A stretch of DNA of 64,000 nt from Alphaproteobacteria bacterium (GTDB lineage: Bacteria > Pseudomonadota > Alphaproteobacteria > Puniceispirillales > Puniceispirillaceae), in NCBI GenBank assembly GCA_016779005.1, contig JADHOL010000006.1:32929-96928 (forward strand). The letters run 5' to 3'. Every line of letters begins with the position of its first letter. Positions within the stretch are counted from its first letter, which is position 1. Positions 32,559 through 42,381 of this stretch are shown here, in pieces. The position numbers and the translations under genes are program-made. The notes beneath the pieces were generated by a model. It was not told the DNA's origin and made no database searches. It saw only the letters and a list, made by a program, of their open reading frames with translations.

Positions 32559-33004
32559 CGTCTTTCGGCAAAAAATTCTTCCAGCAGCTTGGATGCCTTA
32601 GATGCTTTTATACCGCCATAAATTTCTGGCTTATGATGACAGGTGGCATGACTAAATACATGGCTTCCATACTCTACCGCACCTCCTTTTTTATCTTCTG
32701 CGCCATAGTATAACCTGCGAATTCTTGCGTTTGAAATTGCACCAGCACACATCGCGCATGGCTCAAGCGTCACCCATAAATCGCATCCTTCAAGGAATTT
32801 CTGATTTAACAATCTCATCGCTTCCCTTAACACAAGGCACTCTGCATGCGCAGTCGCATCGCGCTGTGATTCGACAAGATTATGAGCAGACGCAATCACA
32901 TCTCCATCGCCACTAACAAGCACCGCTCCAACAGGAACTTCCCCTAGCTGAGCTGCTTTATGTGCCTGTTGAAGGGCTAATTCCATATAATCTATAATGT
33001 GCAT
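32555..33004 (-). CDS. tadA: tRNA adenosine(34) deaminase
   Basis: Zinc motifs HAE (HAECLVLREA) and PCAMCAGA. 149 aa. Confidence 0.92.
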   Translation of the reverse strand: MHIIDYMELALQQAHKAAQLGEVPVGAVLVSGDGDVIASAHNLVESQRDATAHAECLVLREAMRLLNQKFLEGCDLWVTLEPCAMCAGAISNARIRRLYYGAEDKKGGAVEYGSHVFSHATCHHKPEIYGGIKASKASKLLEEFFAERR

Positions 33005-33096
33005 ATCAACGCAATGGCAAAACTATACTAAAAAAGCAACATCTTGTTTTCTTCTGACTATTTTTTCCTTTTTTTTTATGTTCTAATCTGGTCATT

Positions 33097-33987
33097 ATGT
33101 CTCTATTAAAACCCTCTTTTACCCTTGACGAAGTTGTCCAGAGCGAGCGCATTGCAAAACGAATGGCACGCGCTGGTTTATGCTCACGCAGAGACGCTGA
33201 AAGCTGGATAAGAGCTGGCAGGGTAATGGTAAATGACACCCTTCTTGAGACTCCTGCCCATATCGTCGGGCCTGACGATAAAATTAGTGTAGATAACAAG
33301 CCTCTGCCAAATCCAGAGGCAACGCGCTTATGGCGGTATTACAAGCCACGCGGGCTTGTTGTCTCTCACCGAGACGAGCAAAATCGAGAAACACTTTTTG
33401 ACAGGATAAAAGATAGGCTTCCTCGTGTGATGAGTGTTGGAAGGCTTGATCTTGACTCTGAAGGTATGATTTTATTAACAAATGATGGCGGTCTAGCCCG
33501 CCATCTTGAGCTGCCCAGCACAGGTTGGACACGCAAATATCGTGTCCGCATTTATGGCAGAGTTGATGAGAAACAGCTTGAAGCACTAAAAGACGGGATT
33601 ACCATTGATGGTATTCATTATGGCAGTCTTCTTGCGCGTCTTGATAAACAAATGACCAGCAACGCTTGGCTAACCATTGCTATTAAAGAAGGAAAAAATC
33701 GTGAAATAAGGCGCGTTATGGAATATCTTGGATATTCTGTTAGCCGTCTTATCAGAACTTCTTATGGACCATTCCAACTTGGCAATATGGAAGAAGATGA
33801 TGTGCAGGAGGTCAAGCATGCTGTCTTGCGCGAACAGCTTGGACAAACCGATAAAGAAGATAAAAAACCAGCTATATCTGTTGGCAGGCAAAAAATAACA
33901 TCTGGGAAACACAACTCTGTTTCTGGTAAATCAAGGGATAAGAATGCAAATAATAGGCGGGGCAAAGCGCGGCGCCAAGCTCGCTGA
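33097..33987 (+). CDS. rluB: 23S rRNA pseudouridine synthase, RluB/RsuA family
   Basis: S4 domain (RIAKRMARAGLCSRRDAE). Catalytic VGRLDLDSEGMILLTNDG. Lys/Arg-rich tail. Confidence 0.88.
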   Translation: MSLLKPSFTLDEVVQSERIAKRMARAGLCSRRDAESWIRAGRVMVNDTLLETPAHIVGPDDKISVDNKPLPNPEATRLWRYYKPRGLVVSHRDEQNRETLFDRIKDRLPRVMSVGRLDLDSEGMILLTNDGGLARHLELPSTGWTRKYRVRIYGRVDEKQLEALKDGITIDGIHYGSLLARLDKQMTSNAWLTIAIKEGKNREIRRVMEYLGYSVSRLIRTSYGPFQLGNMEEDDVQEVKHAVLREQLGQTDKEDKKPAISVGRQKITSGKHNSVSGKSRDKNANNRRGKARRQAR

Positions 33988-34504
33988 GTGCAAGAGCAGT
34001 TCAGTTCGCCCAACTGGCCAGCGAATAAGAGAAGCTATTTTTAATATTGTGGCTGGCGGGCGTTTCACGCCAATGATATCGAATGCAACAATCCTTGATC
34101 TTTTTGCGGGCACAGGGGCACTTGGGCTAGAAGCCCTATCCAGAGGTGCAAGCGAAGCCTATTTTGTCGAACGTGACAAACAGGCCCTTGATACGTTACG
34201 CGCTAATATACGAAAGCTAGACTATCTTGAGACGACAACCATCCTAGCAGGTTCTGTTGAAAATATTACAAGATGGGCCTACCCACCAGCTGATATTGTC
34301 TTTTGTGATGCACCTTATGGCGATAACATAACCTCTCAAGCGCTTCACAATATGGCAAAAACAGGCGCTATCAAAAATGGGGGGCTGGTGATTGCAGAAA
34401 TGCCTAAATCAGAAAAATTAGTTTTGCCTGATGAATTTAAATTTGCAGATGAGCGAAGCTACGGGATCACATCTATCCATCTATTTAACTGGATACCAGA
34501 TTAG
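33944..34504 (+). CDS. rsmD: 16S rRNA (guanine966-N2)-methyltransferase
   Basis: MQIIGGAKRGAKL N-terminus, DLFAGTGALGLEALSRGA SAM motif, DAPY motif. Overlaps the rluB 3' end by 44 nt. Confidence 0.88.
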   Translation: MQIIGGAKRGAKLAECKSSSVRPTGQRIREAIFNIVAGGRFTPMISNATILDLFAGTGALGLEALSRGASEAYFVERDKQALDTLRANIRKLDYLETTTILAGSVENITRWAYPPADIVFCDAPYGDNITSQALHNMAKTGAIKNGGLVIAEMPKSEKLVLPDEFKFADERSYGITSIHLFNWIPD

Positions 34505-36339
34505 CGTCTGCCAAATAGGCGCTCAACATCTAAAAGTGAAAGGCTGATATAGGTTGGCCGGCCATGATTACATTGTCCAGAATTTGGCGTGACTTCCATA
34601 TCTCGCAATAGCTGGTTCATCTCAGCCACAGATAAAATCCGCCCAGAGCGAACCGACCCATGGCAAGAAATTGTTGCTAAAACATGGGATATTTTATCTT
34701 CAAGGCTAGTAGAGTTTGATAAATGCACAAGTTCTTCTGCAATATCTTTAACAAGCTCTTGAGCATTCACCTCCCCCAATAAAGCAGGTGTTTCTCTTAC
34801 TATTACAGCATCCTCTCCAAATGCTTCAATAACCAAACCAAGCTGATTGAGCGGCTCTAAATGATGTTTAATCTTTTCTAATTGTTCAGGTACAAGAGAT
34901 ATAATTTCTGGCAGTAGCAATAGCTGTGTTTTAAGTGTATTAAGAGCTAAGTCAGCTTTCATCTTTTCCATCACAAGGCGTTCATGAGCCGCATGTTGGT
35001 CAATAATAACAATTCCGTCTTTTGTTTCAGAAATAATATAATTCTTATGATATTGCGCTCTGGCAGCGCCAAGCAGGTTTTCGGTGAATTTCTGGTTATC
35101 TATGGTTTGCCAATCAGTATGCTCTTCTTCTGTTTTTGCAAGCGGCGAGGCGCCAGAAAACATATCTGATGGGGATGAAAAACCAGGGGCAGCGGGGCTC
35201 TGTAAATACCCTGCATTTTCCCGCTCTAAAGCATTGCTTTGCGGCGGATTTGGGTAGGCTGTTCGAGGTGAACTTATTCCCCTCGCGCTGACAGCCAGAC
35301 GATTTAGGGTATTTTGAGCGCCTTCTGCGGTGGCATGAATACCACTCTCCCGCAAGGCAGACTGAATAGAGCCTACTATCAAACTTCGTATCGTGCCTGG
35401 GTCTGAGAAGCGCACTTCACTTTTTGCTGGATGCACATTTACATCTACATTTTCAAGCGCCACCGATATGAATAAGACAATAATCGGATATCTACCTTTT
35501 GGAAGGGTATCTGAATACGCTGCACGAACAGCCCCTATAAGCTGTTTATCTTTAACTGGACGCTGATTCACAAAGATATTCATATATTGCGTTGTGGGTC
35601 TGTTCATGGTGGGAAGACCCATTAACCCTAAAAGGCTACAGGTGTCTTTTTGAGCATCCAGCATCACAGCTTCTTTTGCAAACACATGGCCCATCACGTC
35701 TGATAATCGATCGCGAATGGCAGAATTTTCATCTGTTCTGGCAGGTAGATTTAGCAAGGTCTTACCAGTATCCGTGAAGATAAATGATACATCTGGCGTT
35801 GCCATGGCAAGTTGCTTAACAACTTCAAGACACTGGCCAGATTCTGTTCGCTGTGTTTTCAGAAATTTGCGTCTTGCCGGGATTTTATCAAACAGATCCC
35901 TTACGCTAACCGTTGTTCCAACTGCACATGCAACAGGTTCAGGCGCATAAATATCGCCATGCTCAATTCGTATTTTCCAGCCATGTTCCAATGTTTCAAT
36001 TCTAGAAGAAATCTGAAGATCTGATACAGCAGCAATAGAGGGAAGCGCTTCTCCTCTAAAGCCAAAACTCTTAATCTCAAATAAATTTGCAGCTGGTAAT
36101 TTAGAAGTTGCGTGTCTTTTAGCGGCAAGTGACAGCTCCTCTGCGTTCATTCCGCATCCATTATCACTCACAGAAATAGAGCTTACGCCGCCATCTGTTA
36201 TGTCAATTATAATTTGAGTTGCGCCCGCATCCAGCGCATTTTCAACGAGCTCTTTAAGCGCACTTGCTGGTCGCTCAATGACTTCTCCAGCCGCTATCTG
36301 ATCTATAAGGTGGCTCGGTAATAAACGAATTCTATTCAT
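34501..36339 (-). CDS. mutL: DNA mismatch repair endonuclease MutL
   Basis: IAAGEVIERPASALKELVENALDAGA GHKL ATPase motif. C-terminal QHAAHERL motif. Confidence 0.95.
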   Translation of the reverse strand: MNRIRLLPSHLIDQIAAGEVIERPASALKELVENALDAGATQIIIDITDGGVSSISVSDNGCGMNAEELSLAAKRHATSKLPAANLFEIKSFGFRGEALPSIAAVSDLQISSRIETLEHGWKIRIEHGDIYAPEPVACAVGTTVSVRDLFDKIPARRKFLKTQRTESGQCLEVVKQLAMATPDVSFIFTDTGKTLLNLPARTDENSAIRDRLSDVMGHVFAKEAVMLDAQKDTCSLLGLMGLPTMNRPTTQYMNIFVNQRPVKDKQLIGAVRAAYSDTLPKGRYPIIVLFISVALENVDVNVHPAKSEVRFSDPGTIRSLIVGSIQSALRESGIHATAEGAQNTLNRLAVSARGISSPRTAYPNPPQSNALERENAGYLQSPAAPGFSSPSDMFSGASPLAKTEEEHTDWQTIDNQKFTENLLGAARAQYHKNYIISETKDGIVIIDQHAAHERLVMEKMKADLALNTLKTQLLLLPEIISLVPEQLEKIKHHLEPLNQLGLVIEAFGEDAVIVRETPALLGEVNAQELVKDIAEELVHLSNSTSLEDKISHVLATISCHGSVRSGRILSVAEMNQLLRDMEVTPNSGQCNHGRPTYISLSLLDVERLFGRR

Positions 36340-36375
36340 CTAAGCGTACTTTTTCGTTTAAAACCTATTACTAGG

Positions 36376-36900
36376 TTATTGAATTTGCACTTCATCGCCA
36401 TGCACACCATCATATGCAGGTGTGGCGCCTTCATTTATAGCTCTTTTCTGCATACGGTTTATGCGAATTCGCCTGTCTTCTGCCATCTTATCTAATATAG
36501 GACCTACGTCTGGCAGGCCCCCAAAAATAACATTAATGGGCAATCTACGCTCAAAAATTATACCGGTTGTTTCTTGGTCAACTTTTACCCGAATATCCGG
36601 CTCTATAGAGCTCAGCTCAAATAATTCATCATATCCAGATGCAGTAATATTGCGTCGCTCGAATAAATTATTCATCAGATTTCTGGAAGATTTTTCATTC
36701 ACGCCCAAGTCAGTGGTAGTCGCATCAGGTCGTTTTGTGAATTCCGGGGGAAGCGATAATGGCGGTCGCACAACAACCTGAAATTCATCTGGTGTAGATT
36801 TCTCGGTTCCAATTGCGCGGCGATAATCAGAACATGCAGTTGCGCCAAGAATCATGACAAGGCCAATTATCATCGAAAATAAACGTCTCTTCTGCATCAT
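36376..36900 (-). CDS. lipoprotein (DUF3035-like) translationally coupled to lspA
   Basis: Start at MMQKRRLF. Lipobox LGATAC. ATGA overlap with the lspA stop. The DUF3035 assignment is from memory of lspA-adjacent alphaproteobacterial lipoproteins. Confidence 0.7.
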   Translation of the reverse strand: MMQKRRLFSMIIGLVMILGATACSDYRRAIGTEKSTPDEFQVVVRPPLSLPPEFTKRPDATTTDLGVNEKSSRNLMNNLFERRNITASGYDELFELSSIEPDIRVKVDQETTGIIFERRLPINVIFGGLPDVGPILDKMAEDRRIRINRMQKRAINEGATPAYDGVHGDEVQIQ

Positions 36901-37388
36901 TCCTCTCCCAACTTTGATGATGGCCATATAATGACATAAATCATTATTGCAACGCCAGCACATATCGCAATATCAGCAATATTAAAAGCGGGCCAGTGAT
37001 ACCCCCCAATATGAAAGTCGAAAAAATCCACTACCTTTCCATATAAAAATCGATCAATTACATTTCCAGCTGCACCGCCAGCGATAATAGCAGATCCGAT
37101 TTGTTGCATGCGTTGCTGCAGGTGAATCTGGCTTATAAGGTATAAAATCACAAGTAATGCAACAACCGGAATAATAAAACGAATTATTTCAGGATGCGAT
37201 GACATAATGCCAAAACTAACACCCTTATTCCAAACAGGTGTTAGGTTAAAAAATGATGTAATGACAATCTGCTGCGGTATCTCAAATAAGAGTGAGAGCA
37301 TCCATTTCTTAGTTATAAAATCAACGACAATAATCACCATCGAAATCGCAGCAAATCGTATATAATCAGACTGTTTAGACACGGTCAT
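36897..37388 (-). CDS. lspA: lipoprotein signal peptidase II
   Basis: NKGVSFG and FNIADIAI motifs. Four TM helices. Downstream of ileS. Confidence 0.92.
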   Translation of the reverse strand: MTVSKQSDYIRFAAISMVIIVVDFITKKWMLSLLFEIPQQIVITSFFNLTPVWNKGVSFGIMSSHPEIIRFIIPVVALLVILYLISQIHLQQRMQQIGSAIIAGGAAGNVIDRFLYGKVVDFFDFHIGGYHWPAFNIADIAICAGVAIMIYVIIWPSSKLGEE

Positions 37389-37405
37389 TTAACTTTTAAT
37401 CCATT

Positions 37406-37441
37406 TATCTAAATTGCTAAAATTATCTAAATTGTTAAAAT
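37406..37441. repeat. 18-bp tandem duplication TATCTAAATTG(C/T)TAAAAT x2 between ileS and lspA
   Basis: Read directly. One mismatch between copies. A partial third start (TATAAT) follows. Confidence 0.9.
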
Positions 37442-37457
37442 TATAATGTCATTAATG

Positions 37458-40247
37458 TTATTTTGCGCCACCTATGACGTCTTTGCATCTCATGCATATA
37501 TCTTCATTTGTGGCTACTTCTGGAAGAATTTTCCAGCACCTTGCACATTTACCACCCTCTGCTAGATGAATTTCAGCTCCTAATTGTTCAGCATTATCAT
37601 CGATGATTTGCACGTCTGAGGTTATAAATAAAGCTGGTAAATCTATATCAGATAAGAGCTTTGCTTCTGCTTCTGGCAAGCTTAGTACGACAGATGCTTG
37701 CAGGCTCCCGCCGATTTTTGAATCAGACCTTGCATTCTCCAATGCTGTTGTGACTTGTGATCTGATAGAGCGCACCTGCCCCCATTTTTGAATTAAAGAT
37801 GCATTCTGCCATTCCTCTGGCATTTTTTGATATTCATGAAGATGAATAGAATCTTCTGAATTTCCAGTATAGGCTAGCCATGCTTCATCTGCTGTAAAGC
37901 ACAAAATCGGCGCTATCCATGCAACCAGACTTTTAAAACACCTATCCATCATGGTTAGGGCTGCTCTTCTTGGCTTGCTGTCAAGCGCGTCACAATACAG
38001 CATATCTTTTCGAATATCAAAATAGAACGCAGATAAATCACTATTACAAAAATCATGAAGCTCTGTGAAAACGGCATGAAAATCATAAGCATTAACTTTT
38101 TCTGTGACCATTTTATCTAATTCAAACAAACGGGCCGCCACCCATTTTTCAAGCTCAGGCATTTCATCAAACGCAACTGGCTGCGAGATATCAAAACCAT
38201 CTAAAGCGCCAAGTAAATAGCGAAGTGTATTGCGAATTCGGCGATAATGATCTGATTGCCGTTTAAGTATTTCTGCTCCTATTCTAAGATCGTCATAATA
38301 ATCAGAACTCACCACCCATAGGCGCAAAATATCTGCTCCGCTTTGCTGAATAATTTTCTGTGGTTGAATAACATTTCCAAGCGATTTAGACATTTTTCTG
38401 CCTTGCTCATCTAACACAAACCCATGTGTTAAAACGCCTTTATAAGGCGCTTTAGAGCGTGTTCCACATGATTCTAGCAATGATGAATGGAACCAACCAC
38501 GATGTTGATCAGAGCCTTCAAGGTATAAATCAGCAGGTGAGTGCAAATCCTCGCGCTGCTCAAGCACAAATGCGTGTGTTGAGCCTGAATCAAACCAGAC
38601 ATCTGCAATATCATTCACTTTTTCATAAGAATCCGGATCATAATCATCACCCAAAAATCGTGATGGGTGAGAGGTAAACCAGGCATCACAACCCTCTTCT
38701 TTAAAAATTTGGGTGATTCTGTCTACCACTGATTGATCCTGCAATGGTTTGCCAGACTTTTTCTCAACAAATACAGGTATCGGCACTCCCCAAGCGCGTT
38801 GTCTGCTAAGGCACCAGTCAGGTCTATTCTCAATCATAGAAGTCAGGCGTTTTTGTCCTGCAGGCGGATAAAAGGCAGTTTCTGCTAATGCGGAAAGCGC
38901 ATAGTTGCGAAGACCATCACTTTCCATGGAAATAAACCACTGGGCTGTATTTCGGTATATTACCGGGGCATGAGAGCGCCAGCTATGCGGATAGGAATGC
39001 GTTAAACTGCCTATTCCAATCAATCCATTATGCTCAGCCATAATCTCAGCGATTTTCTTATTATCTCTTAGCACATGTAAACCTGAAAACACTGGCAGAT
39101 GTTCCATCAATGTTCCATTTTCGTTTACGGTATCTGGAACAGCTATACCATGCTTTAGATGAGCCAGCTCGTAATCCTCAGGACCATGACCTGGCGCAAT
39201 ATGAACAAAGCCTGTGCCTTGTTCAGTGGTAACATAATCGCCTGCTAGCATTGGAACTGAATAATCATAGCCAGCACCTGCCATCGGGTGACTTGCTATA
39301 GAATCCTTTAATTGATGCCCCTTAATTTTGTGGAGGGTTTCGTATTCCATAATTCCGCATTCAGAACAGATATTCTCAAGTAATTTCTCACTGACAATTA
39401 TCACCTCCCCAAGTGATGCAAGGGAGCCTTCTGATAGTTGTGTAATCTTGAGTGCGATATAATCAATCTCATCACCATAGGCTAATGCGCGATTACCAGG
39501 CATCGTCCAAGGCGTTGTAGTCCAGATTACAACAAAACTTCCAACCAGCTCTTGAGTTGCACATTCAACAAGCTTGAATTTCGCAAAAATAGTGGTGGAA
39601 GTATGGTTACTATATTCAACCTCGGCTTCTGCCAATGCCGTCTTTTCTACCGGAGACCACATAACTGGTTTAGAGCCGCGATATAGCGAGCCCTGCATTA
39701 AGAATTTACCTATTTCTGCTGCGATAATTGCCTCAGACTCAAACTTCATCGTAAAGTAAGGGTCTTCCCAGTCACCAAGCACCCCTAATCTTTGAAATTC
39801 TTCTGACTGAATATCCATCCAATATGCGGCAAAATCACGGCATTCCTGACGAAATTCCTTAATCGGGACTTCATCTTTATCTTTTCCTTTTTTGCGATAT
39901 TGCTCTTCAATTTTCCATTCAATCGGTAGACCATGACAGTCCCAGCCAGGCACATAATTAGCATCTTTGCCTAACATAGACTGAGAGCGATTAATCACGT
40001 CTTTTAGAATTTTGTTTAATGCGTGTCCGATATGTAAATTGCCATTCGCATAGGGCGGGCCATCATGAAGAATAAATTTTTCTCTGCCATGTCTTTCTTC
40101 TCGCAATTTCTTATACAGATCTAGCGCCTTCCAACGCGCTATGATTTCAGGCTCCTTTTGGGGAAGTCCGCCACGCATTGGAAAAGACGTATTAGGAAGG
40201 AATACGGTATCTTTGTAATTTTTGGCTGTCTGTTGATTATCTGACAT
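37458..40247 (-). CDS. ileS: isoleucine-tRNA ligase
   Basis: HIGH motif (PYANGNLHIGHALNK), KMSKS (KMSKSLGN), C-terminal Zn finger CARCW...CMRC. 929 aa. Confidence 0.97.
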   Translation of the reverse strand: MSDNQQTAKNYKDTVFLPNTSFPMRGGLPQKEPEIIARWKALDLYKKLREERHGREKFILHDGPPYANGNLHIGHALNKILKDVINRSQSMLGKDANYVPGWDCHGLPIEWKIEEQYRKKGKDKDEVPIKEFRQECRDFAAYWMDIQSEEFQRLGVLGDWEDPYFTMKFESEAIIAAEIGKFLMQGSLYRGSKPVMWSPVEKTALAEAEVEYSNHTSTTIFAKFKLVECATQELVGSFVVIWTTTPWTMPGNRALAYGDEIDYIALKITQLSEGSLASLGEVIIVSEKLLENICSECGIMEYETLHKIKGHQLKDSIASHPMAGAGYDYSVPMLAGDYVTTEQGTGFVHIAPGHGPEDYELAHLKHGIAVPDTVNENGTLMEHLPVFSGLHVLRDNKKIAEIMAEHNGLIGIGSLTHSYPHSWRSHAPVIYRNTAQWFISMESDGLRNYALSALAETAFYPPAGQKRLTSMIENRPDWCLSRQRAWGVPIPVFVEKKSGKPLQDQSVVDRITQIFKEEGCDAWFTSHPSRFLGDDYDPDSYEKVNDIADVWFDSGSTHAFVLEQREDLHSPADLYLEGSDQHRGWFHSSLLESCGTRSKAPYKGVLTHGFVLDEQGRKMSKSLGNVIQPQKIIQQSGADILRLWVVSSDYYDDLRIGAEILKRQSDHYRRIRNTLRYLLGALDGFDISQPVAFDEMPELEKWVAARLFELDKMVTEKVNAYDFHAVFTELHDFCNSDLSAFYFDIRKDMLYCDALDSKPRRAALTMMDRCFKSLVAWIAPILCFTADEAWLAYTGNSEDSIHLHEYQKMPEEWQNASLIQKWGQVRSIRSQVTTALENARSDSKIGGSLQASVVLSLPEAEAKLLSDIDLPALFITSDVQIIDDNAEQLGAEIHLAEGGKCARCWKILPEVATNEDICMRCKDVIGGAK

Positions 40248-40281
40248 CAGAATTTCTCATGATTAGCATCTCATCTTTATT

Positions 40282-41271
40282 TTATTTTTTATCTTCCAGC
40301 AAATCTCTTGCTGTTGCTGCATCTTTTGATATTTGGGCTTTTAGTGAATCGATAGAATCAAATTTTTTCTCTCCGCGCATATAATGATGCAGATTAACAC
40401 ATAATCTCTCGCCATATATATCTTCGTCAAAATCAAATAAATGTATCTCAGCCATTACTTTTCTATCTCCAATGGTGGGTCTAATCCCAATATTGGCTAC
40501 CCCCATTAACACTGGTAAATCTGGAACATCAATTATCTGTGTATCACCTTGTAGTGAGGCATTCTTATCTTCAATAACAGCGGTAATAGCATATACACCG
40601 TAAGCAGGAACTTGATAGTCTTCTAAATTGAAATTAGCAGTTGGAAAATCAAGTAAGCGTCCACGTTTATCACCATGCTCTATCGTGCCACAAATTGTAG
40701 GAGGTCTGCCAAGCATTTCTGCTGCATCATCTATGCGTCCAGCCTGCAATGCGGCGCGCACTCTGCTTGATGAGACAGTTGCTGATTTATTATCAACCTT
40801 TAAAGACACATCTGTTGTCTTAATATTATATTTACCGCCAATCTCAGACAAAAGGCTCATATCGCCTGCTCTTCCGCGGCCAAATGCAAAATCAGACCCA
40901 GCCACCAGATGCGATACCCCCAATGGATATAACACGTCCGACACAAATTGCTGAGGCGATAATTGGCGAAGGGCATCATTAAAGCTCACATGAATAATTA
41001 TCTCGATACCATGCAATGATAAGGTGCGATTTTTTTCTGTTATATCAGATAGTAAAAATCCAGGCTCATTCTGGCGAAAATATCGTCTTGGATGCGGATC
41101 GAACGTTATAACACCTACTTTTGTTCCGTCATTTTTAGCTAATGAAAGCGCTGTTGAGATCAATTTTTGATGCCCTAGATGAACACCATCAAAATTTCCA
41201 ATTACAGCTGTTAAAGAAGTGTCTTTAAGAGGGGCATCCCCAATAGACCAGTGAACAATTTTAGTTGCCAT
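40282..41271 (-). CDS. ribF: bifunctional riboflavin kinase / FMN adenylyltransferase
   Basis: GNFDGVHLGHQKL motif. C-terminal riboflavin kinase domain (PTANF, GVANIGIRPT). Confidence 0.95.
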   Translation of the reverse strand: MATKIVHWSIGDAPLKDTSLTAVIGNFDGVHLGHQKLISTALSLAKNDGTKVGVITFDPHPRRYFRQNEPGFLLSDITEKNRTLSLHGIEIIIHVSFNDALRQLSPQQFVSDVLYPLGVSHLVAGSDFAFGRGRAGDMSLLSEIGGKYNIKTTDVSLKVDNKSATVSSSRVRAALQAGRIDDAAEMLGRPPTICGTIEHGDKRGRLLDFPTANFNLEDYQVPAYGVYAITAVIEDKNASLQGDTQIIDVPDLPVLMGVANIGIRPTIGDRKVMAEIHLFDFDEDIYGERLCVNLHHYMRGEKKFDSIDSLKAQISKDAATARDLLEDKK

Positions 41272-41476
41272 AATATCCCTATACAGATTTGGCGAGAATA
41301 TAACGCTTTTTTATATCTAAATTCAATTGAAAGGATTAACAATTCCAGGCTATTATTTACTTAGTGACTGTATGAAGCGTTATACATAAAATTTTATAGG
41401 GTAGCTGCACACATTTTTAACCAAACTACATCAATGCAGTTACCAAGTATCAGCTCGTTTGACATGGATTATAAAT

Positions 41477-42310
41477 ATGGAATTTTCTACAGAAGGATTA
41501 TCATTTTCTCAGATTTTATCAAAGCCTGAATTTTCAATTTTAGTAAGCTATTTTTCTAGTTTTCTGTCTGGAATTGGGACATTAATTATTGGGTTTTGGC
41601 TATCTGGAAAAGCAGAGCGTACCATAAAGCACATGCTTGGCGGTGTGCCGCGTTTAAGCCCTATGCTTATTCCGATAAGTGGAAGTGTTACCAGATATGC
41701 TGGAATAACTGTCACACTTGTGGTTTCCCTTAGTCAGTTCGGTATACAAACCACATCGATTATTGCTGTTCTTGGTGCGGCAGGTCTTGCTATTGGTCTT
41801 GCATTACAAGGCACATTATCGAATGTTGCTGCTGGCGTGATGCTGTTAATTCTTCGTCCGTTTGAGACTGGTGATTGGATTGAGGTAGCTGGCTCGTCTG
41901 GCGCTGTTCGGGAAGTTGGATTATTCACCACTAAAATAGATACATTTGATAATGTCTTTATCTCTATGCCAAATTCAACAATCTGGTCTTCAACAATAAT
42001 CAATAATTCAAAACACACCCAGCGAAGATTAGATATTGAGATAGGGGTGAGTTATAATAGCGATTTGGATGAGGTAGAAGCAGCGATGCTTACGCTAGCA
42101 GATGACCCGCGTGTTCATACAAACCCGCCACCACAATTTCACGTTCTCAATTATGCAGATAGCGCTATTCAAGTTCGATTGCGGGTTTATGTGGATTATG
42201 CCGATATGTTTACGTTAAATTGGGATTTGAACAAACAAATCAAAAAGCTTTTTGAAGCGCATAATATTGAAATTCCGTTTGCTCAACTTGTTGTGCATCA
42301 AGCACCCTAA
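41477..42310 (+). CDS. small-conductance mechanosensitive channel (MscS family)
   Basis: Three TM helices followed by an MscS beta domain (GDWIEVAGSSGAVREVGLFTTKI). ATG at 41477 preferred over the TTG at 41459. Confidence 0.87.
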   Translation: MEFSTEGLSFSQILSKPEFSILVSYFSSFLSGIGTLIIGFWLSGKAERTIKHMLGGVPRLSPMLIPISGSVTRYAGITVTLVVSLSQFGIQTTSIIAVLGAAGLAIGLALQGTLSNVAAGVMLLILRPFETGDWIEVAGSSGAVREVGLFTTKIDTFDNVFISMPNSTIWSSTIINNSKHTQRRLDIEIGVSYNSDLDEVEAAMLTLADDPRVHTNPPPQFHVLNYADSAIQVRLRVYVDYADMFTLNWDLNKQIKKLFEAHNIEIPFAQLVVHQAP

Positions 42311-42381
42311 CACCCTACAATAAGGCACCCTAGGATTGGGCACTCTCTAAGTGATTATTTGAAATTTTTTATAGTGACGTA

